Assembly (NCBI GenBank): GCA_958009085.1
Contig: OY253682.1
Span: forward strand, 248,001-312,000
Origin: Protoeuglena noctilucae
Taxonomy: Eukaryota
Reading direction: 5' to 3'
Length of the DNA: 64,000 bases
Position numbers and translations under genes: made by a program. The notes beneath the pieces are model-generated. The model saw only the letters and a program-made list of their open reading frames with translations, had not been told where the DNA came from and ran no database searches. Positions 51,874-64,000 of the stretch are shown piece after piece; position 1 is the first letter of the stretch, and each line of letters opens with the position of its first letter.

Positions 51874-54083
51874 ATGGCGGCCGCGGAGGGCCGTGGTGCG
51901 CCCATTTCGCCGGGGGGTGCCCAGGGCGCCCACGGCTTCGATGAGGGCGACGGCGAGGGCCCGCGATCGTTGCCGGAGTTCAAGTTCATCAAAATTATCG
52001 GGGCCGGCTCCTATGGGAGCGTGTGGTGAGGCGCTGCGCGCACCCGCGGTCTGAGATGGTATCAGATGCGACCGTCGCACGTTTCACCCCGAGAGCGCTG
52101 CCTGCGGTCTTTAAGTGAATGTATTTGCCCAATCCGTCGCCGCGCGCGCCAAGCGTGGGACGTTGGAGGCAAGGGCGTTGGTATAGGTGCTTCATTGCCC
52201 TTTTTTCTCCTCAGGCGCGCCAGGGACTCCGCGACAGGAGCAGACGTAGCCGTCAAGATATGCAAGCGCGTGGCACGCGGCCGCGACGTCGCCGCCTTCC
52301 TACGCGAAGAGTTCCGGCTCCAGACGGCCGTCGTCCATCCCCACGTCCTGCCAGCCCATCGGATCGCTGAGGGTGACGATGATAGCATCGCGCTGGTCAT
52401 GCCGGTCGTGGGCGATGGCGGCGCCGATCTCGCCGCCCGGATGGACGAGCTGGACAGGACCGAGCCGTCCGTCGCGACCATGGCAGCGCAGCTCCTGTCG
52501 GCGCTGACCTGCCTGCACGCGAAGGGCATAGTGCACCGAGACGTCAAGCTCGAGAACGTCCTTGTTGGCGAGGTGAGGCCCGGCATCGCTTCACACAGAC
52601 GCTCAAATGCCTAGCGTGCTGCCCTACCCATCACCGAGCCCCTTCCCGCTCTCTTCCCCACCACAGGAGGGCTGCATGCTCGCCGACTTCGGCTTTGCGC
52701 TCGACACGGCCAAGGTGACGGGAAATCGCAGCAGAGTCCGCGCATGCCGTCAGCACAACTGTCTCAGCATCGGCGCGACTTGACTGCTTCACCGTAGCGC
52801 CCCCGTCCTCCAACCCGCAGCGCCGTCCCCTGTCCGCGGTGGGGACCGTGCCCAGTATGGCGCCGGAGCTGCTCCTGGCACGCCCAGACGCGACCTGCCA
52901 CGGGGGGCAGGGCGCCCTCCTTCGCCGGGACACAGACCGGGAGCACCGCGCGCCCTACACCGCCGCGGTGGACGTCTGGGCCCTCGGCGTCCTCGTCAGC
53001 GAGCTCCTCGCGGGCACTGGCCCCGCGGGCAGGGCGCGCTCTCCCTCCAGCGTCGCCGACGCGATTCTGGGGGGCCCTGAGGTGGTGCTGCCGTCGGGGT
53101 GCTCCACCGACGTCGTCGACTTCCTGTCCTCCTGCTTCGAGACGGATCCCCACATGCGACCCTCCGGTGAGATGCTCGCGGGGAAGGTGTCGAATATGGA
53201 CTGTAGACTGACGGCGCTGTGTCGCCCGTCAGCAGCCAGCGTTGATTCGGTCTCTCCCGTCTCGTCCCCGCAGCCTGGGAGCTCTTCCACCACCCGTGGA
53301 TCCGCGCCAATGTGGACAGGCACACCTGGCGCGCCCTGCACCCCAGCAAGTTCCTGCACTTGACGCCCACCCACCCGCACGGCGGCCGTGTCACCCTCCT
53401 CCTCTCGCAGCTGGAGGTGCCCGGCACGCTCGCCCTGCGGTCCAGGACCGAGTCGCAGTCGGAGGGGTGAGCGCCGCGCGAGTGGAACCGGCACTAGCGC
53501 CCCACAGCAGGGGCTCTCAGCCAGGCTGCTCGGCAGGCGCATGCGCAGCAGACACGTATGACGGAGCTGGGCCAGGCAATTGGTGTTGCAAAGTGCAAGA
53601 CCTTCTTGCACTCCTTTCCGATTCACGTAGGCAGACGCACCGCAACAGCAGGCTCAGCACCCTGCTGTGGCGGTCACTGCGGCACGTGTCTGGGTCAAAG
53701 CCCGTGTCGCGCAAGATGGCCCCGGCGCCGGCCCCGGCTCCGGCTCCTGCTCCCCCCGCGCGCGTGCTCCCGGCCATCTCCGTAGAGGACAGGTGCGGGC
53801 CGTCACCGCCTCACAAGGCACAACCGCATGGTCATGTGACACTCTCATGAGATGAGTACCCATCGACCCCCGCAGGTCTCCCGTGACAGTGCTGGAGCCC
53901 GCGCTGACCTTCCCGGCAGCCAACTCTCCGCATGGCCAGAGGTGGCCGACCCTCACCGCCAAGGGCTCCCGGCAGGTCTGGCCCGACCAGGCTGACCTCA
54001 CTTCGGCCCCTGCCCCTTCCTCGCATCGCCGACGCCGTCCAGTCGGCTCGCTTTGGAGCCGCGTGTTCTGCTTCTCAGGCTGA
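51874..54083 (+). CDS. Ser/Thr protein kinase (Aurora-like/CAMK-type fold)
   Basis: IGAGSYGSVW, VAVKIC, HRDVKLEN, LADFGFA, GTVPSMAPE, VDVWALGV, DPHMRPS, HHPWI. C-terminal exons and stop are approximate. Confidence 0.88.
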
Positions 54084-55019
54084 CGCAGCGTCGCCGCGAC
54101 TTAGGACTGTCGCTTTTGTGTTATCTCTGCAGCAGGGACGTTCGGTATGAGGCGATGGCAGGTGCCCGCTACCCTGACGGTGCCCCTCGCCCCACGGCCT
54201 GCACTCCCCCTCCTAGCCCCGCGCTCTTTGGTACCCTGCCCCTCTTAGCGGCCCCCCTCTTTTCTCCTCAGCTCTCACAAGCCCAGAGCCCTTTCACCCT
54301 GGCGTCCTGCCAGACCCTCTGACCATGTGCGTCTTAGATACCCTTTCCACCCAAAGACTCGCCTTTTCCCTCAATACCCGGTTTCCCTGTTTGCAGCTCA
54401 CGGTCTCACTAAGCCTCCGACGCCCCTTTCCGCCCGTCGCAGCGCTGTATTTCACTAAGAGATCTTTTCTCCGCACAACTAAACGATGTCGCGCCATCGA
54501 GGCCTCATGGCTTCTAGCCAGTCTGCGTGTTGCCTGGCTTTGTGCTGCGTTTTTCGCGAGTGTTTCTTTGAGCGGAACTTGGCCTTTTTTTGAGCGCTTT
54601 GAGTGTCGCGTGCCGATGCCGTCGCTCTTTCGAGGGCACTGCTCTTCATGCAGAGGCACGTGCGCACTTCAGTCGACAGCTGCACCCACCCGCGACCGGC
54701 GGCACCCGACATTGCCAGTCTGCAGATGCAGACGATAGACCCCCTTTTGCACGTAATGAGCTGGTTCCGTCGATCCCCAATAGACGTGCCTGCAGTCTCT
54801 CTCCGCCGGCATTTGAAACGCCAGCTGTGTACATACGATGAATGAAAATGCAGACACGCGTGTGAAAACCGACAAGAGCAGCAGCCGCTGCGAATTTTCA
54901 CCGCTCCTCCGACGCGCACCCGCCTCCTTTCAACCGCAACTCTCTGTCGACCCCAATTTGTCTCATACAAAGCAAAGATACACAAGCGAGATCGGCAATA
55001 TATATCGCAATATTGCATA

Positions 55020-57276
55020 CTACCGCGCGAGCGAGTCCCGGAGAGCGGCCACCATGGCCACCACGTCTTGGAAGGCGGCGTTGTGCGATGCGGCGCGAGG
55101 GTGGATGTGCGACAGTGCGTGCTCGATCAGAGCAGCGGAGGAGGAGGGGGGGAGCACGTCCGGGAGAGCCGTGGCGGTCTCTAAGATGCAGGCGACCAGG
55201 GACAGGCTGCGGGGGGGAAGAGGCGGGTGGTAGGGGGGTCATACCGAGATGTGGCGTGGCGAGGCGAGGTGGGCAGCGGGGCTGAAGAGAGGTTGGCAGT
55301 CGGGTCATCCCGATGCACAGTGTGTTGCGATGTCAAGGGATGCGGAGAGAGGGGCTGAAGGGGTATAACAGTATGCACAACTATCAACCCCCCCACCGCC
55401 CCCCCCTGCCCCTCACCAGTGCCGCAGCATATCCTGCACACGCCCAGGCAACTCCTCCCATCCCATCCCCTCCGCCCCCTCCGCCCCGCTCCCCCCCTCC
55501 CCCGCCCCCCTGCCACCCGCCCCTGCCCCAGGCACCCCCACGCCCTTCCCTCGCTCCTCCTCCCTCCCTGACCCACCCCACTCGCTCCCCGCACCCCCGC
55601 TCCCCCCAGCCCCAAGACCTGGATTGCTACCCGCACCAACAGCCGCCCCTGCTGCACCCACACTCCCCACACCGCCCACCGCACCCGCGCCCCCTACACC
55701 CCCCACCCCACCAACACCACCCACCGCCCCCGCCCGTTGCAGGCACGTCTCCGCCGCCACGCTGGCCCTCCGCAGCGCCGCCCTGGCCGCCGCCGCCTCT
55801 GCCGCGTCGAGTGCGGACGTCGTAAAGAGATGCAGCGGGGCGTGGGGGTCGGCGTGAAGGTCGTCGTCCTCAGCAGCGTGGGGGCTGCGATGTTAACAGG
55901 GAGGGGTAGTGACTGAGTTAGATGAATGGCCGCGTGGGGGCTGCGATGGGTAAGCGAGAGCGGTTGAGGTAGGTGAATGGATTGGGGGCAAAAAGATACC
56001 AAGCGATGACAGCATGGCAGCATCCTCAAAGCAACTAGCGGAAAATCCCAATCGCCCCCCCCCAACCCCTCCCACACCCCCTCACCCCATCCTGAGCGCC
56101 TCGAGCCCCCCCCTCAGCAACCGGTCGTTGGCCCCCGCGCTCTGCAGCAAGACCGCGTAGTGCCCCCGCACCACCGCGCTGGTCGCATCCACGTACCCCC
56201 CCTCCACGTCGCCATTCAGCCCCCGCAGCGCCACCAACAGCGCCTCCTTGCGGTCCAGCGCCTTGGCGATTTGAATGAGCGCCGCCACGTCTCCCGCCGC
56301 GCCGCCACCCCGCAGCGCGACCCCGGGGCCCCGGAAGGCGGAGGCGAGGCCGACCGCGGCGGCGGCTACCTCGGGCCCCTCCGCTGCCGGCGCGGGTTCG
56401 ATCCCCGCCGGCGGCTGCTGCTGCGCGAGGGCGTTGATGAGCCACTCGATGGAGGCCAGGGGCAGGCAGGTGGCCCAGTCGTGGGGCATCACGTGCGTGT
56501 CGCTCACGACCATGACACCGAGGTCCTCTGTGATTGGGGCGGGGGGTGAGGGAGATGTGTTAGTTACTCCTGTTATTACTTTTGTGAACGGTGATGTGAA
56601 CTGGGTGTCGCTCACGACCATGACACCGAGGTCCTCTGCGGTGGGATGGGGTGGGTGAGATGTAGAGATAAGTGAGCTAGGAGTGTTACTAGCACTGTGG
56701 TACAAAGTGGTACAAGGAGTGGTGTGACCACCACCGTCCCCTCACCTCTGTCGAACTGGATGCGGTAGTGCGTGGGGTGCACCGTCAGCACCGACCCGTC
56801 GTGCGGCTGGCGGGAGTGGGGGTGCACGGCCACCACGCGCTGCCCGACCTGGGGGGGGGGTTAAGGGAGAGGGGAGGTCACAATTTGAAGTGAAGCAAGG
56901 CTGCCTCAGTATGGCTGCCACCCAACTGTCACCCACTCTCACCCCTTATCACACCACCCCCCATCCCCCCACTCACCCCCCCACCCCACTCATCACCCCA
57001 CCCACCCCACTCCCACCCCCCTCGCCCCAAACCACCCCTCTATTCCACCCCACTCATCACCCCACCCCGCCCCAACCCCCCCCACCTGCGGCTGCCTTGG
57101 CATGTCGGCGGGCGGCTCCTCGTTCGTGTCCATATTCGCGGCATAGGTGGATCTCACTGATCGCCTCCACGTCTCCAATCGCACGCGCTCCTCCCACAGA
57201 AAGCGCAGGGACAGGCGGCGGGGGCGGCCGAGCGAGGCGCGGAGCACCGCCCACTCCCGGCGCTTGAGGTGGGTGA
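55020..57276 (-). CDS. LIN9: LIN-9 / ALWAYS EARLY (DIRP + Tudor-like) MuvB/DREAM subunit; 5' part missing at the gap
   Basis: [32 protein letters not shown] (DIRP), [21 protein letters not shown]...YRIQFDR|EDLGV.VVSD..VMP, and a C-terminal ALY-like helix ending at TAG 55020. Confidence 0.9.
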
Positions 57277-57456
57277 CTGTGTGTGTGGGGACGGGGGGAT
57301 GGGGGTGAGGAAGGGGTGAAGTGTCAAATAGAGTAAAGACCGCCCACTCCCGGCGCTTGAGGTGGGCGACAGGGGGGGAGATGGGTGGGGGAGAGGGTGC
57401 TGAAAAGAGTAATAGAGCCGATCCTCACCTCCCCCCAGCCCCAAGTGCTACCAACA

Positions 57457-57656
57457 NNNNNNNNNNNNNNNNNNNNNNNNNNNNNNNNNNNNNNNNNNNN
57501 NNNNNNNNNNNNNNNNNNNNNNNNNNNNNNNNNNNNNNNNNNNNNNNNNNNNNNNNNNNNNNNNNNNNNNNNNNNNNNNNNNNNNNNNNNNNNNNNNNNN
57601 NNNNNNNNNNNNNNNNNNNNNNNNNNNNNNNNNNNNNNNNNNNNNNNNNNNNNNNN
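57457..57656. other. Assembly gap (200 N)
   Basis: Run of N characters. Confidence 1.
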
Positions 57657-57824
57657 TACTGACACTACTGAAACCATCAATACCAATGATAATCATACGA
57701 ATACCATTAACCCCTCGCAGGGACCGCGAGGCCCTGGCCCTATCATCCAGTCACGACCACACTGACGCCGTGAGCATATATTAAATAATTAAAATACTAA
57801 TACTACCACAAACACTCGTCGCAG

Positions 57825-60800
57825 GGACCGCGAGGCCCTTGCTCGTGCGGCGCGTGAGGTGCAGCACCACCGCGCCCGTCACGAGGTGGTGGCGATGGAG
57901 AGGGACGAGGGCGAGGGCGCAGACGGAGCACGTGAGGGAGGAGATGAATGGAGTGAGGGAGAGTTTGGCACAGGTGAGAGAGTGAGGGAGGAGATGGCGG
58001 GTGTGAGGGGGGTTCAGACACCACCCCACCCATGTCACACCCTCACCTCCCACCCACACCCCACCCCTCCCCTCTCATTTCACCCCACCTCTCACCAACA
58101 CCCCCTCTCCCCCCCATCACAGACCGAAGATGACCTGGCCGCCCTCCATCACTCACCCCACTCACCCCTCACTTCACATCACCCCCACCACCCCTCACCC
58201 CTCACCCCATCCCCCACAGACCGAAGAGGACCTGGCCGCCCACTCATCACTCACATCACCCACACCTCACTTCACACCTCACCTCACATCATCCCATCCA
58301 TACACTCACCTTACAACACCCAACCCCACCCCCCCCATCACAGACCGAAGAGGATTTGGCCGCCCGCACCGCCGAGCTCTCCCAGCTGCGCATCGCATTG
58401 TCCAGACTAGAGGGAATCGAGACCCAGGCATCTACGCTATCCAGCCAGCTATCGGACACCGCACGTGCTCTGTCAGAAACGAGAGAGAGGGCCGCGGCGG
58501 CCGAAGCACGATCGCGGGACCTGCAGTCCGAATGTGAGGCGCTGAGGAGGTCCGAGGCGGCGTTCGGGGTCGAGCTGAAGGAGAGGGGGGACGAGCTGGC
58601 CAAGGCAAATGCGGAGCTGGCCAGGGCGGAGGTGAGAGGGGGGGGGGGGGGTGAGGGGGTGTGTAGGGGGGGGTGAGGGTGAGCGGGTGAGTGGGGTTAA
58701 GGGTTGAGTGTGCAAGGGTGAGTGTGAGTGGGGTGGGGGTGGGGGGATGGAGTGGGGAAAGTGGGGGTAGTGATGGCGAGCGTGCGAGGAGTGGAGTGGG
58801 TGGGTGGTCACATAAGTCAATCATACTATTATATTTTTTGCTTACTAAACCTCCCCCATCTCTCCCCCACGCCCAGGGCGAGCTGAAGGCCCTGCGCTCG
58901 CAGCTCCAGTCCTCCTCCCAGCGCGAAGCACGACTGGAGGGCGAGCGAGAGAGAGCACGGCAGGAGGGGGCGGGGCAGGCGCGGAGAGCGGAGGAGCTCG
59001 CGCTGGCATTGCAACAAGCGAGGCATGAGGCCGGGAGGGTGGCGGAGAGGCTGGCGGCGGTGATGGGGGAGAGGGAGAGGGAGGCGGGGAGGGCGGCGGG
59101 GGCGGCGCAGGGGCTGGTGAGGGGGATGAGTGGTGGTGGTAACGATGGGCTATCCTGTTCGCTTTTGGACAATACTTAACCATAACTCAATATCACTCTA
59201 CTTCACTTTGACGATGAAACGCAGGCCGAGTGCCAGGACCGCGTTTTATCGCTGGAGTCCGAGCTGTCGGCGGCGCGGGCGTCTCTGGCGGCGGCTGAGT
59301 CGGGGCGGGCGGCGCTGTCAGAAACGGCGGCGGGGCTGGAGGCGGATTTGAAAGCGCTGCAAAGAGAGGCGGAGGATTTGAAATCGCGGCTGGCGGAGGA
59401 GGGGAGGAGAAGGGAGGAGGTGGAGGGGCTGCTGGGGGCAGAGAGGGAGGCGGTGCAGAGGGGGGAGGAGGCGAGGGTTTCGGTGGAGGGGGAGGTGAGG
59501 GGGGTTAGGTGTGGGGGTGTGGTGACGAGGGGATGGTGGATTATTGGTAATTTGTGATTGTTAATTATTGTGTATCGTTCGTTGTTTACGATGAGTGGTG
59601 ACAGGGTGGGGCGGTGTTCAGCGACGGTGGTTGTGATGGGGCTAGAGCTGTTTATGCAAGTAGCAAGTAACGAGACCTCTTTTCATAGTTAACTTCTTTC
59701 GCAATTCCAAACTTCCATCAAATGCATCAACCCCCAACCCCTTCCTCTCCCCCCCAGCTCTCCCGCCTCCGCCAGGAGCTGTCCTCTGTGGCCGAGGCGC
59801 GTGCTGCGGTGGAGGTCGCCTTAGAGCACGAAAGGATACAGCACGAAGAGACTAAGGGGGAACTGAGGAACGCACAGGCGATGGTGGGGGAGGCGGTGGG
59901 GAGGGCGGGGGAGGCGGTGGCCAGGGCGGAGGGGCTGGCGGTGGATGTGCAGGGATTGGAGATGCAGAGAGAGGAGGTAGAGAGGGAGAGGGATGGGCTG
60001 AGGGAAGAGGTGAGGGGTTGGTGGGGGTGGGGTGAGGTGGAGAGGGATGGGCTGAGGTTGCAGGTGAGGGGTGATCAGGGGTAAGGGGATTGGAGATGCA
60101 GAGAGAGGAGGTGGAGAGGGAGAGGGATGGGCTGAGGGAAGAGATGAGTGACGGGGGGAGAGGGAGAGGGATGGGTTGAGGGAAGAGGTGAGGGGTGGGT
60201 AAAGGGGCTCTGCCGCACTCCCTCACCTCTTCCATCTCACAGCCCTCCTCTCTCTACTAACATCCATCACCCCGCACCTCTCCCCCTCCCCTCTCCACTC
60301 ACATCACCCACCTCACCCCTTCCCCTCCCCCCAGCTCTCCACCCTGCGCCAGATTGAGGCGTCTACCACCACCCCTCTCCACGCACATCACCACCCCTCC
60401 CCTCCCCCCCACCTCCACCCCTCACCGCTCCTCTTTACTTACATCAATTACAACCCAACACCCCCTCCTCTCATCTAACAACCCCCCCCCTCCTCCCCCC
60501 CCAGCTCTCCACCCTGCGCCAGATTGAGGCGTCACTGCAGGCGTCGCTCCAGGAGGCCAGGGCGGAGAGGGACGTGGCCGAGGGGAGACTCGAGGCGTTT
60601 CTGGCGGCGTCGTCCGCGCCAGAATCGGTCGCCGTGGGGGGGGAGGCGCTGTCTCTGGCGGGGGGGGTTGCTGTGTCACGGGCTGCGTCAGGAAATGTGT
60701 CAGCAGGACATGTGTCATCAGTACCCGTGTCATCAGGACCGATATCATCAGTCCCTGTATCATCGGGACTTGTGTCGGGGTTGGGTGCGGCGTCGCTGGG

Positions 60801-63800
60801 TGGGGGTGTGGCGTTGGCTGCGGCGGCAGGGGCGGAGGCGGAGAGTGGGGGAGGTGAGGGGATGGGGGGGTGTGGTGACAGTGATGGCGGTTGGAGCATG
60901 GGTGTGGTGCTTAGGGGTGGGCTCAGCAACGACTTAAGCTAAGCCGGCACACGTGCACTTGAGTAGTACACAGTTCAAATACCACTCAACAACCACAACA
61001 TCGCCGCCGCTGACCCCCAACCATCCCTCCGCCCCCGCAGCCACCCCCACCCCCCCCGCCCCCCGCACTCCCGACTCATCCCGCACCCCCGCCAGTCTCC
61101 CCGACCCATCTATCGACGATTCGATATCCAAAAGGGTGGATGAGATCGTGAGGGAGCTGCAGAAGGGCGGCGTGGCCGTGCATGCGGGGGTGGTGGCGCC
61201 GATTGTGCGGTCAACGATGGCCGCGTTTGGGAGCGATGGGAATGGGGAGAGGATGAGCAGGGTCAGGTGAGGGGTTGGAATGAGGTTTGTGCAGGGTAGG
61301 TGCGGTGGGGTGAGGTGAGGTGGTAGGTGCGGTGGGGGGAGGTGAGTAGGCGAGGAACAGGTGGATGAACGCGTATGATGTGTGTCATACTACTAACATC
61401 ATCTTTGTGACAGACAAACGACTAACATCATCTTTGTGACATGTGAATATCGCCCTTCCCATTCCACTCCTCCCCCCCCCCCGCAGCGCGATGGTGGGGG
61501 TGCTGAAGGTGGTGGTGCGTCAGCAGCAGGTGGACGCCGCAGCACGTTTGTCGAGGGAGCGGCATCGTGCTACGGTGCTGGAGATGCGGCTGGGGGAGGC
61601 GGAGGAGAGGGCGGAGGTGGCGGGGGACAGGGAGAGGGAGAGGGAGCAGGTGAGGGAAAGAGTGGGGTTGAGAGGGGTGTGTGAGGGAGAGGGAGAGGGA
61701 GCAGGTGAGGGGGCGAGTGTGGAGAGAATGGGCAAGCATTGTTCACAACTGGTGCTAGCTATACTATACTTTTCATACAGTGCAGCTACTCGTAACACTT
61801 ACTGTTCGGTTCGTCTCCCTCTCAGGAGCGCGACGTGGCAGCCCGCAAGGCCAAAGACGCGGAGTCTCGTCGCAGAGAGGCGGAGGCGAGGGCGGAGGCG
61901 GCGAGCGAGGAGGCGGGGCGCAGCGCGGCCAAAGCGGAGGCGGCCATCGACGCGGCGACGAGGGCGGAGAGGGCGGCGGGGGCGGCAAGGGAGGCAGCGG
62001 CGGCGGCGGAGGGGAGTGCGCGGGAGATGGAGGGGGAGGTGAGACAGGAGTGGGAGTGCCGGTGGTCGCGGAAGGAGTGCTGCGTTCAACTTTACTTAGT
62101 AAATGGTTCTCTTCTCCCAGCTGCGGGAGCTGCGCCGGGCGAGGGAGTCGCTGCAGCGGGCGCTGGCGGCGGCGGAGGACGCGCGGCGGATGGCGGCGGA
62201 GAGGGCGGACGCGGAGGCGGGGACGAGGGCGGAGGAGAGGGAGAGGGCGGAGCGGGAGGGGGCGGGGGCCGCGCAGGCGCTGGAGGTGAGGGCCGGGGGG
62301 AGGGCTTGCGTTCGTATATCCGCAGTACAGTTAACAATCGCAATCCCCGCGACATCTGCGATGTCTGCACATACCGTACAGTTGTAATTTGTATATATTT
62401 GTAATCGCAATCGCAGGCGGCGCTCCGGGAGCTGGCGGAAGCGAGGGCTGCGGCGAACGCGCTGCGCGAGCGTGCGGAGTCTGCCGAACGGGAGCGCGAG
62501 AGGCTCGCGGGGGACAAGGCGGACCTGGAGGCGCGCGTTTCGGAGCTGCGGACGATGGCGAAAGAGTCGGAGGGGCAGCTCATCGACGTCCGGGAGCGTA
62601 TGGGGGCGCTCAAGGCCAAGATCCACGAGGCAAGGCCGGCGATCGCAACACGTGTGCGATTGGCTGGATAATTCTATAAATATTCTATATCGCTACCAAA
62701 ATATGCAAATAGCGATCGAATTCGCGCACATTCGCCCCCGCAGCTCGAGTCGAGCGCCGTGCACGATCAGGCTATCATTGAGGAGGCGTACTTGGCCCAC
62801 GAGAGCAGCAGGCGGATGATGGACCTCCTGGGGCTGCAGGCGCAGGCGAGGGAAATAAGGGAGTTGCACTGGCTGTGTAAATATCTATCATCGCCTCCTG
62901 CATAGATACTATACACATGGTGTTCTCACCCCACCTCCCCTGACCTCACCTCATCTCCCCGCACCGCAGGTGGAGCTGAGCAACGCAGACCTGGACGACC
63001 TGAAGCGTCGACTGGCGCTGGCGATGCTCAACGCCGGGGACCCCAACATTGCAAAGATGCCGCCACCCACGTCGCCACCCTCTAACACAGCCCGGGGAGC
63101 CCGGGGGGTGGCAGGGGCCGGGACAGGGGCTGCGTTCGCGATGAACCCGCCCAACACCCCCGCTACGCCCGGCCAGGGCGCGGGGTGGGGGGGGGGGGTG
63201 GGAGCGGGGAGGAACGGTGCGACTGGTATTAGTGGCCATGGTCCTGCGAATGGTGGTGGCAATGCCAATGGCTCTTATGGTCATTTGCGAGGTGTCGATG
63301 TCGACCATCAGGGCCCTCCCCGTCGCCTGGAGCGTCAGGGTGTGAGCGTGGCGGCGACGGCGTTTGAGTCAGCGGTGGGGGACAGCGAGGGGGAGGAGGG
63401 GGTGCAGGTGAGACGGGTGGTGGAAGCGAGGGGTTGTTGTGAGGGCAGGTGGAGCTGCGGTGGGTGCAGTGGTTGTGTTTGGTGCCACTGGCATTCATGA
63501 CATGCCATGGCGTGTGGTGCTGCCCCTCCCCCTCCATCCCATCCGCACAGCCAAGCCACGTCTCACCACATCCGCCACCTGTTATTCAAATCTCGTCCCA
63601 TCTCCTTCCCCCTACCGCAGTCCCCGTCCCTCGCCTCTCACGGCAGCGCGGTCGAGGGATCAAATCCCGCCAGCCCCGGCATGCAAAGTCAGGAATCGAA
63701 CCGGAGACCTCTGTTGGACGAACAAGGGCGCAGGATGACCCTGGCGGGGTGGGGCATGGAGGGCGGGGATGGTGGGGTGGATGTGGGTGGTGGGGGGGCG

Positions 63801-63902
63801 GGCGTGGGTGCGGGTGCGGCTGTGGCGCTGTCGGACGGTGCGCTGACGGAGTCGGATGGAGAGGGTGCGGCGTACCTCAGGCGAGCTGGGTTGGATGGGT
63901 AA
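57825..63902 (+). CDS. Long multi-exon coiled-coil protein; 5' part missing at the gap
   Basis: More than 12 exons rich in E/R/A/L heptads (e.g. ELSQLRIALSRLEGIETQASTLSSQL, GELKALRSQLQSS, LSRLRQELSSVAEARAAVE), bounded by GTGAG/GC donors and C-rich CAG acceptors. No catalytic domain seen; the stop at 63902 is tentative. Confidence 0.75.
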
Positions 63903-64000
63903 TGGAAGGACAATAACATAAATACGACTGATACGCACCTCCACCTCACCTTGTTGCCACCTCACCTCCTCCACCACACCTCCACCTCACCTCATCTCAT

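Noticed and set aside
54160..54960. Pyrimidine-rich, lower-GC intergenic stretch with a basic minus-strand ORF (54294-54659)
   Set aside because: No codon bias, domain, terminal repeats or RNA motif could be supported; it lies between two convergent 3' ends.

Overview
This is GC-rich eukaryotic nuclear DNA, gene-dense and intron-rich. It is most consistent with a flagellate green alga: plastid- and thylakoid-targeted SOQ1-like and TPR proteins occur alongside the centriolar gene POC5. About 20 spliced genes were reconstructed by eye, so exon ends are approximate. Recognisable genes: a C2H2 zinc-finger membrane protein, FAM98, a microcephalin-like BRCT protein, an aldo/keto reductase, tRNA-Arg(CCG), an FkbM-like methyltransferase, a SOQ1-like Trx-NHL protein, CCDC24-like, MSI1/RBBP4, a DnaJ protein, a TPR protein, POC5, a Ser/Thr kinase, LIN9/ALY and a long coiled-coil protein. 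A 200-N gap lies at 57457-57656. Most notable: (1) a YbaK/ProX tRNA-deacylase + OB-fold + intact DEDDy 3'-5' exonuclease fusion, head-to-head with a tRNA gene flanked by tRNA-like remnants; (2) a tandem PstS phosphate-binding ectodomain fused to a multi-pass membrane domain; (3) a ~6 kb block bounded by diverged direct repeats, holding a kinase-RING-beta-helix pseudogene and an intronless HNH-like ORF; (4) unusual introns, with many GC-AG donors, G-rich 5'/C-rich 3' polarity and repeated local duplication of splice junctions. All family calls rest on remembered motifs; no database search was run.
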